Below, in pieces: positions 1-11,399 of a stretch of 64,000 nucleotides of DNA (positions are counted from its first letter, which is position 1; each line of letters starts with the position of its first letter). The notes beneath the pieces are model-generated. The model was not told where the DNA came from. It ran no database searches and was given only the letters and a program-made list of their open reading frames with translations. The DNA is from Hypanus sabinus (Eukaryota). The DNA is taken from NCBI RefSeq assembly GCF_030144855.1, contig NC_082731.1, positions 24,180,001-24,244,000 of the forward strand, in the 5' to 3' direction. The position numbers and the translations under genes are program-made.

Positions 1-99
1 AACAATTTCTATCTACACATTCTTCATACCTATCTAATTTGCTCACACAAGTGCTAATCGGAACGTCACTTAAAAATTCCAAATGTATTGCTTCTGTTT

Positions 100-760
100 G
101 TACCAGCACGACAAGCAGCGGATTGAAGGGATTGTCCACTCTCTGTTGAAAAAAAAAAGAATATGATCCTTATTTCTACTTTCAAATTACTCTCGCACAA
201 AGCAACTTCCTGCCTAATGCTACTGCCTTTACAATTCTGTAAAAAAAAAATAAGGTACGGTGATGTGTCCTCTGTCTATGCCTTACTATTTTAAATTATT
301 TTCTGCACCTTCGATCAGATATCCACTTAGCCTCGGCTGTTCCATTTTAAAACATCCAAGTTGTTCGGCCTCTCGTTACAGTACATACTCGCTTATTAGA
401 GTACAGCATCCTCGTAGACCTCTTTTACACTGTCGCCAAATCCTCGGCTTCGTTTCTAGAATAGACCCAAAAAAACTACATGCAACCATCCAAATGCAAC
501 CGAAATCTGTTCCTAACATTAGTTTGAAATTTGACTTTGAATTCGAGATTAACCGATTATTAATGGACGATGAAAAATGTCATCTTAATTTAGTTGAGCT
601 CAGTATCACTGATAAAGACAAGTATGCTACATGCCTTCTAACTCCTTTATGAACCTCCATAACAATTTAGAAGAAGCAATGATCTTGGAACCCACGACAC
701 CACCCACCCCCCAGCTTAAAAACGCTTGCATTTTAGAACCATTATCTTGTATTTCAGTGT
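100..760 (-). mobile_element. Degenerate CR1-type LINE 3' fragment
   Basis: Eroded similarity to the CR1 3' region at 29870-30400. Boundaries are approximate. Confidence 0.45.
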
Positions 761-1629
761 AATCTTTTTGAGGTAATTGCGACTGGGGCATGCTTCAGGC
801 ATTATATGAGCATTTAAAGAGGAATCTCCTTTAGTTTTCTGGTATGCTACATTGTGTCAGTGAGAATTCATTTTCTCCTAGTTTTGCTCAGACGCTCCTC
901 CAGGCTATTAATATTACTATACTATCTAAGATCCAGCTTACGTCTCTTCCTGGGGATGCTCTCCTCATGTTTCGAGCTGTAAACTTGCAGATCGCAACAC
1001 CTGAGATGAGTAGGTTTGTGTCAGAGCGGATGAAATACATCGTGGTGTCGCACTGTCTCTAATCCGAGGCCCTAGTTCTGTTCTCCAGCCTCTTGTTTTC
1101 CTCCTTCATTGGGGATCCTGTCGTACCTCAGCCGCTGGGTTCAGACAATTGAGAAAGCATGGTGACTCACAACACACAATATAAACCCATTAGAGATTTT
1201 GAGAATTTTCAGTCAATGTTCAAGATTATTTTCCGAGGCTTTCGGGTTCAACAGTTTTCGTAATGTCTTTCACCACGTTTTTTTTTTTGTACCCGAGTTA
1301 CAAGCTCTGTTCCTTCGTCATGTAATATTTCTAGATTTTATGCAATGCTTACGAGTTTTGGGTGGCTGGTCCGGGTTTTGTGCCGTGCTTCGAGTCGAAT
1401 GCATTTTCCCCATTTGCAGATCTGTCCGGGGTTCTCACCGCTGCTTTGAGCTCCAGGTCTGTCTAGTGTTTCACAGATCTGTCTCGGGAGCTCCACTGAG
1501 ATACACACCCACGTTGATTTTTTCGGGCTTGGGAACCTACCACGAGGTCCTTTTCTGATGTGAAAGCTCTGCCCCAAGCTCTCTGCCTCGTAATTTTCCA
1601 GAACAGCTTCAGAGGCATCAGAGCTATTC

Positions 1630-4560
1630 AAAAGTTGGAAAATAAATGAATGGCTGAGGGCTAGGAGCGGTGGCCGGGATTCAGATTTCTGGATCATTGG
1701 GACCTCTTCCGGAGCAGATGTGCGTTTAGAAAAAAGAACAGTTTGCACTTTGTCACGGGATAAATATAGTGGTGTAGTTTCATAAGGCTAGTGGGGACAG
1801 TTCAATCTACAGTTGCTGGGGGAGGAAGTTTGGGAACCAAACTGAAGTGCGGATGTAGGGCATGGTTCACAAACAGAGAAAGACTGGCGACAATGAGAAA
1901 GAGAGGGCAGGCACGTGATTGAGAATGCACATGTTAGGTCCGTCGGTTTGAGATGTGCCTATTTTAATTAAGGTTGTATTATGTACAAAGTAGATGAGCT
2001 TAACGCGTGAATCAGCATTTGTAGCTATGATGCTTTGGCCATCATAGAGACTTGATGATGTAAGGGTATGCATGGTTACTTAAACTGCCAAGCATCAGAT
2101 ATTTCAGAAAGGACAGCGGGGTTGTTACAATAGCGGGGCGGCGTGGGATTGTTGAGCAAGGATAGAGTAACGGCTGCAGAAAAGGAGGAAGTCAAAGATG
2201 AGTTTTCTCCTGAGTCTCCTTGAGAGAAAGTTAGGAATAGGAAGAGGTCAAATTCTCTACTGGCTGCTTTTTATAGACCACGCAGATGTACATAAGCCTT
2301 CAAGAGGAAAGGCAGAACATTGTCTGGTTGGAGAAATTAACCCGGTTATGTGTCAGGACTCTCAGTGGGAGAGCATTTTGTAGACAGTGCTCATAATTTT
2401 ATCTCCTTTAACAGAGCATTGGGTAAGGATCAGAACAGTCATGTTACGGAACAGACTAAGTGCAGTAATGGGAAATATGAGGTCATCAGGCATTAATCTG
2501 GATGTCTAAATTGCAAACAAATGTTCTCAGGTATACATAAGGAAGAGATATGCGAAATGGTTAGGGGATATTTATATGGGCTTCTGCATAGGTAAGTTCC
2601 AAAGAGACAGGGGAAAGATGGTAGAATGCAGGAACTGTTGTGTACAAAGGCTATTGTAAGTCCAGTCATGAAGAAAGGAAGAGCTTAGGAAAGATTAAAA
2701 AAAATGATTAATCATAGAATCTAGAAGATCATAAGGATAGCAGGAAGGAGTTTCAGAATTCAATTCGGAGATCTAGAAAGGGTCATTGCGGAAGGATTAA
2801 GGAAAACCCCCAGGCATTCTACAATTATTTGAAGAGCAAGAGGATAATAAGTGAGAGAATTGGAGCAAAGCATGTGTTATAGGGGCAAAGTGTGTATGGA
2901 ACCAGAGGAGATAGAAGAGGTACTTAATGAATGGATGAATTGCAGCGGAAAGAAAAAAAAAATGAGCATGTGGATTTTAAGAAAGTGGATGTGTGAGAGC
3001 GTTTGGAACGCATCAAGTTGGATGTCACCGGAAAAGGAGGGGATATAACCCATGCTACTATGGGGAACGAGAAAGCAGATTGCTGAGACTCTAGCGATGA
3101 CCTTTGCATTGTCATTGACGACGGAAGAGGCTCCGGAGTTCTCCAGAGTTCATGTTGTTCCCTTATTCAGGAAAGGGATTTGAGATAGTCCAGTGAATTA
3201 TAAACCAATGAGAGTTACTTCAGTGGTTAGTAAGTTGTTGGTGGATATACTAACGGACAGAATTTATGAACATTTGGAGAGGCATAATACGATAAGGAAT
3301 AGTCAACACGGCTTTGCAAAGGGAGGTCGTGCCTTACGAGATATATTGAAATTTTTGAGGATGTGACTAAGCATATTAATGAAGTTGCAGCCGAAGATGT
3401 GGTGTGAATGACTTTCAGCAAGTCAAATGTTAGGAAACCCATAGCATGCTTATTGAGTAAATAAGGAGGCATGAGATCCAAGTGGTCATTGCTTTGTGGA
3501 TACAGAATTGTCTTGCCACAGAAGGCTAAGAGTACTTGTAGAGAGGGCATATTCTGCATAGAGATCTGTGGCTAGTGAGGTCCCTCAGTAAACTGTTCTG
3601 GGACCACTAATTTTCGTGATTATTTTAATTGACCAGAATAAAAAAAAGTGTAAGAATGGGTGAGTAAAATCGTTGATGACGCAATGTTTGGGGCTGTTGT
3701 GGAGAGTGTGGCGGGCTGTCAGCGGGAGGTTGATAGGATCCAAAACAGGGAAGATAACTGGCAGATGGAGCTCAACCCACAGAAGTGTTAGGTAGTTAAT
3801 TTTGGTTGATCAAACATGATGGCAGCATATAGCATTAATGGTAAAGCTCTTGGCAGAGTGTTCGATCAGAGGAACCTTGGGGTCTGAGTACATTGAACAC
3901 TCAAATTTCTACTAAAATTTACTCTGTGGTTAAAAAGGCATACGGTGCTTTGGCCTTTACGAACCATTGGATTAAGTTTAATTGCCGAGAGGTAATGTTG
4001 CAGCGCAAAAAGTCCCAGATCAGACCCCACTCGAGGGATGGTGCTCAGTTCTGGTCGCCTCATTACACGACGCTTACGGAAACTACAAAAAAGGTGCAGT
4101 GGAGATTTGCAAGGATGTCGCCTCGATTGGGATCTATGTCTTATGAAAATAGTTCGCGTGTACACGTTCTTTTCTCCTTGAACTGCCAGAGGATGAAATG
4201 TGACCTGGTAGATGTTATAAGGCATTGAGATGCATTGATCACGTGGATCCTCGGAGACACTTACCCGGAGTTGAAATGGCTAAAACAAGAGGGCATAGTT
4301 TTAAGGTGCTTGGAAGTAGGTACAGAGTGGATATCCGGGATAGGTTTTGTTACGCAGAGCGTGATAATTTCGTGGAATGGGCTGCCGGCGGCAGCGGCGG
4401 AGGCGGAAACCATAGAATATATTATGTGACTCCTGGAGAAGCGCTTGGAACTGAAAGAAATAAAAGGCTATGGGTAAGGCTCGGTAGTTCTAAGATAAGA
4501 GCATTTTCCGTATTGCTTTGTTGGCCTAAGGACCTATAATGTGCTGTAGGTTTTCTATAT
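1630..4560 (+). mobile_element. CR1 LINE (end of ORF1, ORF2 RT remnants, 3' end)
   Basis: RT-region fragments (VHVVPLFRKG-like, YGALAF, QFWSPHY, GHSFKV) with many stops and frameshifts. Confidence 0.85.
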
Positions 4561-6160
4561 CTCTGTCTTTTATTGTTCCTATTCCACTAAGCATAAACTA
4601 GATTGAAAAATATCAACAAAAACGATTTTCGAAAACACAAAGACAGAAGAGTTTGGAAAAAAATCTTTTTGAAACGTAGATCTTCGCGATATTCCAATAT
4701 TTCTGTCATGCTGACATCATTGAGTATAGATACCTTTCCTCCTATAGACATATCAATTACTGATATTCGAAATTATGTTACGCATTTGTTCTACGAACAG
4801 GCTTGAACAAAACTACTTCGAGTCAGTTTGTCTGAAATAACCATAGTTAAAAAAATCACTGCCTTATAATTTACGTAACCATTAATATAGAAGTTGCAGT
4901 GACTGTCTACAAATATAGTGCTAATTTGCAAAACTGTTTTCCAAATGGTGTTTTGATATATGCAAGAAGTTATCTTTTTACACCTTAAAAAAACTGAAAA
5001 CCGAATGCCATTTAATACCAGAAGTTAAATAAAGCAATATAGCGAATTTTCTCACAACTGCTGGTAGCCTTTCCAATGGCAGCTGCTTTGGGAAAGCAAG
5101 CTCAGCAAACCTGGAATAAAATAAACATCTACACCACAGACTTTATGGGTATACCTCTTAGTTTCAGACACAGCTTTAGCTTTTGTACTGAGGAATTGTC
5201 AATAAATATTAGGGTCATTGCGGACCCAAAATAAATAGTAGGGAAATGTAAGTCCCAATGTCATCAACCATATTATTTTGGGCAATTCCCCACATTTGCC
5301 CGCTTATCAGCTCCTTCCTATCCCGAATGACACAAGGAGGACTTTCGCAGTTCTGCTCAATTCATTACAGAAAGGATGTGGAAACTATAGCAAGGGTACA
5401 AAGAAGATTTATAAGGATGTTGCCTGGATTAGACAGCATGCCTTATGAGGCTAGTTTGAGTGAAATAGGTTGAGTGAACTAGCTTGAGTGAATTGGATGT
5501 TCTCTTCAAATACCGGACTTTTGCGCACAACGGTACATTTTATGTCCTTTCACCACTTTCGACAGCATCAATATCTCTGATCATACATTCAGATTCACAA
5601 ATCTGAAACCCTGGTCCCTGATCCAGATCGTCAGCAATGCATTTACCTCGTTATTCTTACCATTCTTACCATTGTCGGGGCATGCCACAAACTACAATTA
5701 AGAAACTGCTAACCACGAGATCCTTTGATTTCTTCTTTTCTGGTTAACTGAATTCTCAATACAAAACAACGTCCTTTATCCAATTTATGCCGTTGTTACA
5801 AATGCGTACCATGCTGTCTGTCTAATCACACACGCCTCAAGAATTCAGTGCCGCAGCTCCAATAGATCCCTGATGTTGAAATCTAAGAGCAATTTTACTC
5901 TCGGAAGCTTCGCAAACGTCCCTCCAATCTGTTCCCAGAAGGAATGAATTGTCTAATACCGTTAATCTTCTTTCCTCTCGCATGTTCACTTAGCTGCATA
6001 TCCGGAGTTAGTGCCAAAGAGCAGATTGTTGTGGCATTACTCTATATTTTTGCGACAGTTAAAATATGATGCTGAGAACAAATTGGGATTTTTGAGTTTT
6101 ATTCCTCTATGGCGAAATTAATGTAACAATCGAAGATGATGTCGCTAGAATGTTTTGTTT

Positions 6161-6180
6161 TTTATTTTATTTTATTTATT
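6161..6180 (-). terminator. Polyadenylation signal cluster for the membrane mu transcript
   Basis: Four AATAAA within 20 bp, about 290 nt downstream of the TM2 stop. Confidence 0.55.
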
Positions 6181-6468
6181 GTTTTGACTATTGCTGTGGA
6201 TGACAGAAAAAAAACACGAATAGATTCGTGGCTAAAGAAACGAACATGTGTCATCATTCATGGAAAAAAACATCGACTTATGTGTGCATGCTATGAAGTT
6301 TTAATTAGTTACTGTAAAGTTACAGTGATGAACAGTCGAGCTTTAAAACTAACAAACAAACAAACAATTCAGTCTATGGCTTTGCCAGCTTCAAAAAGTA
6401 GCATTCTTGCTTTTTAATTCGGATGTGAATATGTCAGCATGAAAAATCCCCATTTTCCTATTGTCAGG

Positions 6469-6480
6469 CTACACCTTCAC
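6469..6480 (-). CDS. IGHM: IgM TM2 exon (VKV*)
   Basis: Long polypyrimidine tract ending TTTTCACAG | GTG AAG GTG TAG. Confidence 0.85.
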   Translation of the reverse strand: MKV

Positions 6481-6612
6481 CTGTGAAAACAAGAGAAAAA
6501 AAAAACAATGCATTAATAGTCTGATATTTTAGCGCCTGCTAGATGTTAGTGTTAACGACGTTTATTCATCATCTCCAAATGCAGGAAAGATAAGTGAAAT
6601 ACATTTTCTAAC

Positions 6613-6720
6613 CTTTACTAATGTTAGGGCAGCGCTGTATGAAATACTCAGGAAGAACAAGATGGTGAACGTGGAAGCAGTTGCCCATAAGTTATCTTTG
6701 TCTTCGCCATAGTCTTCAAT
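6613..6720 (-). CDS. IGHM: IgM TM1 exon
   Basis: IEDYGEDKDNLWATASTFTILFFLSISYSAALTLVK carries the CART-type Ig transmembrane motif (W.T.STF..LF.LS..YS...TL.K). Donor AAG|GTTAGA at 6612. The 5' boundary is uncertain (AGs before 6732, 6729 and 6720). Confidence 0.9.
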
Positions 6721-8857
6721 CTGCAAAATCTACTAAGAGCAGAAATGTAGAGTCACGTTGATGCATGTTACAGGAACTCATTTATTGGTTATTTTGCTTA
6801 TTTTAACACAATATAGTTGAACTTACATAATAAATTTCCCATGAAATTTTAGTATCAATGTAATCATTATTAATAATAAGTGAAAAAAAATGTTTGATTT
6901 GCGTGTTGCATTGAAAATGCGCGAGCTGTTAAATTTATAAAGTACTTTTTCTTGAGCATTCTTATTTCTATAACATTGTGTGTAACCGTTAACTCTGGTT
7001 ATTTCTGAGCTATATTTAAATGTAAATAATGTTGTGCGCAAGAGATCAATTGTGTATAATGTTTCATAGTATTAGTTTACAAAAATCGACACCTGAGAAT
7101 TAGTTGACACTATTTGATGGACATAAATAGAGAAATAGATAATGTGACAAAACATTATGACTTAAATAGATATTAGAGCGAAATTGTAAAGTAGTACGAT
7201 TTGCATAGTGCTTTTGCTGAATATAAGTTAGTGAGATTTCGTGTATACTATAAAATATTTATGCATGTGCTCTTAGATTGAGCCGGAAATCCAACTGTCA
7301 GGAATTGCGCTGACGCTTTGTTTTAATTATTTTATTGCAGGCTTATGTAAATATTGGTATTTTGTCATAGAAATGTATATTTCTACATTTATATTCCAAC
7401 CTGTTTCTGAACGTACACGTGTGAAACAGACTTGCGTCCTTGTGCACTATTCCAAAGATATCCGCTGAAGCGATAGCGGTTCCAGTTTGTCAGTATTTGA
7501 ATTTCCTCTCAAATTTATCAGTTGAGGTGTAATAGATGTGGCAATTGTGGCTGTATGTATACTATGATTAAGAGTATACTGACATGATTATCTGCTGTAT
7601 TACTGAAAGTTTAAAATAAGAATGTCTCGATCCCGGTAACCCTGATGCTGATGTACGCATAAACATACTTATGTATGTGTCTCAGTTACTGTTTATTTTT
7701 CTTGCATTTTACTGAAGTCTCCTTAACTGATGTGCAAAAAAGGAAATAACGAAATAATGAGTGATATATAGGTCTATAGATATATTCTTTCTCCTACACT
7801 TGCGAGAGTCGTGTCAAAGAAGTGTTCAATCGGAACAGTCTAATCACAAAGAAGGTCTTCTATTGACTGAGGTGATACCAGAATCGTACCCTAGATCATA
7901 ATTGGTTCATATCTTTTGTCTCCACAGATCCACTAATGCGATAATACAGGCGAGTACATTTAATCAGTACAAAATTAAATGCAGAAGCATGAGTTTCATC
8001 CCAGAAAGGATTCCTCATGTTTGGCTCTCAACTATTGGCCCATTTTCCTTAATTTATAGTCTTAGTTACATATTCATGAAAACAAACTGACAATGCCTTC
8101 ACTGCTCGATACTTAACTAGCAAAGTATTATATTCACATTTACTCACTGTTTAGGAATACAATATTCCACCTAGTAATTGATAACTATATAGTTGTGCTT
8201 GTTAGTGACTGCGGCTATGTTTAGAGGGATTTGAGTAACGTGCAGGTGTACGTAGTTGAACTGCTGTTCAAACCACATTTCTCCGACTGTCGTGTTGTGC
8301 CTTTGTCTCAGTTGTTGGAAAAAAAAAAATAAGGAACGTTAGCATCAGGAAATTTGTGTCCTTTTTGAGCATATTTTTTATAATCAGGTTAGGATAATAA
8401 CTTATTTGATACCAACAGTGCGTTTCTTTTTAACCCGGAAGTGTATTTACATTTTAGTGTATGTATGGGAACCTCGTCACCGTTGAGTGCAAAAAATTGT
8501 GAAGACCTCCCGGTATGCAAAATCTGTTGCACTTTTCTACCAGGACTGATTATCACTGAAAAGCGCAATGACAGACTCTATTCTACGTTTGATGAATAAA
8601 TGGGACGCGAGAAAAAGGGAATAGGTAGTTCCAGTACTCTGGATCTGAATCTGGAGAAACTGTGTTCTAGTGTGTCTTGTAATCCTCTAATGACGGAGCT
8701 ATCAATTGTCTTATGACACCTAGTGCATAAGGCTCCACATTTAACAACAAAAAACAAACAAAAAAAAAAACTCGAAACCCTCTAAGGCCTTATTGTTTTC
8801 AAGCTTTGGACGCCATTAATTGTTCCCGGTGACAGGTCAAAATATGCTTGAAATATA

Positions 8858-8873
8858 TTTATTGATATTTATT
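8858..8873 (-). terminator. Polyadenylation signals for the secreted mu transcript
   Basis: Two AATAAA (plus-strand tttatt at 8858-8863 and 8868-8873), about 30-40 nt after the tailpiece stop. Confidence 0.8.
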
Positions 8874-8901
8874 TAAATATTTAATGCAAATGATAAAATA
8901 A

Positions 8902-9293
8902 TTATTGACAGTAACCGACAGTATCCATCAGTACAAGGGATACGTTGACAAAACTGGGTTTACCACTGGACCGATTAACGGTTTTGATGATAGTCTTCAT
9001 CGGGAGGGTTCAATGTGCCACAACACAGGAGAAAGAAACACCTCGCGACCACTGTTCCGAACGAACAGACAACAGGCTGTACATGAAGAATGAATTGTTG
9101 CCGTTCTCTGCTGCAACTGCGGTATTCGTGTAGTTGCGTGCATACACCCGCGTGTCATCGACCGTCCATGTCACGAATATCCTGCGAGGTGAGAACCCTC
9201 TCACTAAGCATGTGAGGATGAAGATCTTTTCTATAGTGTCGTCAGTTGTTGGCGGAAGGAGGACAGAGACGGAAGGCTCCTGAGGATGCAAAG
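8902..9293 (-). pseudogene. IGHM: IgM CH4 exon plus secretory tailpiece, with an in-frame premature stop
   Basis: Acceptor tacgcag|CT. Reads [12 protein letters not shown]...[10 protein letters not shown]...[44 protein letters not shown] at 9012-9010, natural TAA at 8904-8902, internal TM donor G|GTAAAC at 8963. Confidence 0.93.
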
Positions 9294-10157
9294 CTGCGTA
9301 AAAGCAGATCGAACAGTTAGCATACAGTGAACCAATAATATCATTAATGATAGTTTAGACTGACAGAACCGGTGATTTGGCAGAAATATTAAAACAGAGG
9401 ATTTCACTTCTGATATAGTTTTCAGTATCCCAGCGTGTGTTTTGGGGTAAGATGAATCTCTCATAGAGGATAACATCACCTTCCTTTATAAGGTACAATG
9501 TTTTTGAAGTACTTGAGGCACATTACGAGAGTATTTGGCCACTCAGATGAAAGGTAAACTTTATGCCACTTGGTTCGCTGCTGAAAGTTTAAATATATAC
9601 TTTGATAGCATTCATTTTTTTTGGGATACGGGAATCATTCAGTTATCCAGGTCACATGAATAAACTTTATCAATTCCTCGATATGACACAAAAAAATATT
9701 CGTAAAGCTTATAACAGAGTTAATCTTTCGCTGAAAGACTGATCCTGCGACATTATAAAGGACAGCTAATTAATGTTAATTTGCAGAGATGTTGAAAAAG
9801 GAAGTTATCGTATAGAATTTGCACATATATGGGGTGATAAGGTAAGCAAATTGGCTATCAGTAATTTCGTTCTGATCTATTTGTGCTTTTCTGCACATCT
9901 AAAAAGCAATCCCACTGAACACGATGAAAAAACAGATCATATTCCGACGATGGTTTCAGTTAATCAGGCAGTGTCTATAATGTGGAATAAGTAGATGAAA
10001 TGGTTTGAGGAGATGCTCCATTAGGGCTATTTTCGGCAAATATTAGCAAACTGCTGATTTGTCTCCACCAGTTTTTTTGATTAACACCAAAGAGAAAAAG
10101 TGCAAGAGTGCCGCCCTCCGCCGCCCAAAAAGAAAAACATTACCAAAACCATCTTAC

Positions 10158-10466
10158 ATTCTTCCTTGCGGTTGTATGCTCTTTTCGGCGACATCATTTC
10201 CACGTGGCTCGCCACGCATTCGAATAAGACCCCACTCAAGCAAGATTGCTTCGAAATATTCAGTTTGCTTATCATGCTATGGGGAGTATTTCCTGGCTGG
10301 TAGGCAATCTCTGATTTCAACTCATTCTCTCCTTGCATCCAAGACGCTAGGACGCCGTAAGGCGCAGTAGAAATGACGCAGGGTAAGGTGACGCTCGCCT
10401 CTAGTAAGACCTCCTCCACTGGTGGTTGTTGAATTGTTACTTGTACTTCTTCGCATGAGCATGCAT
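10158..10466 (-). CDS. IGHM: IgM CH3 exon (open)
   Basis: Acceptor gccgtag|AT, 309 nt: DACSCEEVQVTIQQPPVEEVLLEASVTLPCVIS...ASWMQGE...FECVASH...RKEE. Donor T|GTAAGA. Confidence 0.94.
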
Positions 10467-10738
10467 CTACGGCAAATGAAAATCATTTAAGTGTCCACGA
10501 CAGAAACTGAAATTAATCTTATGAGTTTGAAAAAAGACAATAGAATTTCGGAACTCTCCCTCTATGGACAGGTCCCAGACAGCGACTATAAACAAATCTG
10601 AAGTCACTGATCAGATTCCATCTTTATGAACTGAATAATATGTTGTTCCGTGTTTCTCCAAATATAAATGAAGTGCTAACTTTGGACTGCTGTCCACAGT
10701 CACAGAGACGTGCGGACTTTCCCTGGATACGTCCTTAC

Positions 10739-11049
10739 CTTGAGTGTTGCTGATATTTCGGCTTTGCATGTACATTTTGTGCATAACCAGGCAAGTATAG
10801 ATAGAGCCTGTGAACCATCCCGTCGCCGTGAAAGTCACGTGGCTTGTCGCTGAGAAGTTCCCATTCACCTCGAAAGCAGGGGAGGTGACGACGCTGGAAT
10901 TCACCGGCTGTCCATTTTTCAGCCAGTTCACGGCGAATTGCGCAGGTCGGAAGGTAGCGATTGAAAAGACTGCGGTCGCTTTTTTCTCGTCTTAATGTCT
11001 TCAGCGGAATTCACGGAGATGCCGACATTTGGATGGTGCACAGCTACTT
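10739..11049 (-). pseudogene. IGHM: IgM CH2 exon, frameshifted, first Cys lost
   Basis: 5' part EVAVHHPNVGISVNSAEDIKTRK, 3' part ATAVFSIATFRPAQFAVNWLKNG...YTCLVMHKMYMQSRNISNTQ. The exon is 311 nt (not a multiple of 3). The A6 run at 10980-10985 needs A7, and the shifted frame stops at TGA 10930-10928. TTT (Phe) sits at the B-strand Cys position (10965-10967). Donor G|GTAAGG. Confidence 0.9.
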
Positions 11050-11399
11050 CTTGAAGAATAGAAATGTATTTGAAATTAATTTAAATATGGCAAGAAGCTA
11101 TTGTTGAAGGAACAATTAATCATCGAGGATTGCACAACACAACAAAAACGAGTTCTGTTGAATGTTCCTTTCATCCGACACAAAATCTGCCAATCTTATA
11201 CCATATACTAGGAAATATCTGTAGTACATAGAGGTATTTATTTGTGGAGAATTAATGGTATTTTCCATGCAATGCATTTTCCCGTCTCCATGATTGTGGG
11301 GCTTCCTCCAAAGCCCTAAACGAGGCCGTTTCAAATGTTCAATGATGTAGAGTATTTAATATTTCAACTATCGTTGGACAGATAACATTCCGGTAAAAG

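Noticed and set aside
1180-1620. GC-richer segment with short internal repeats (cagatctgtc..ggg) and overlapping ORFs
   Set aside because: It is probably a repeat fragment, but I could not assign a family or any coding motif.
8148-8170. 23-nt candidate exon (TAG|...|GTGAGT) that would bridge the CH4-TM1 phase
   Set aside because: It contains an in-frame TAA and has a poor polypyrimidine tract.
8434-8443. ETS-type CCGGAAGT motif in the CH4-TM1 intron
   Set aside because: An isolated short motif with no supporting cluster, so chance is likely.
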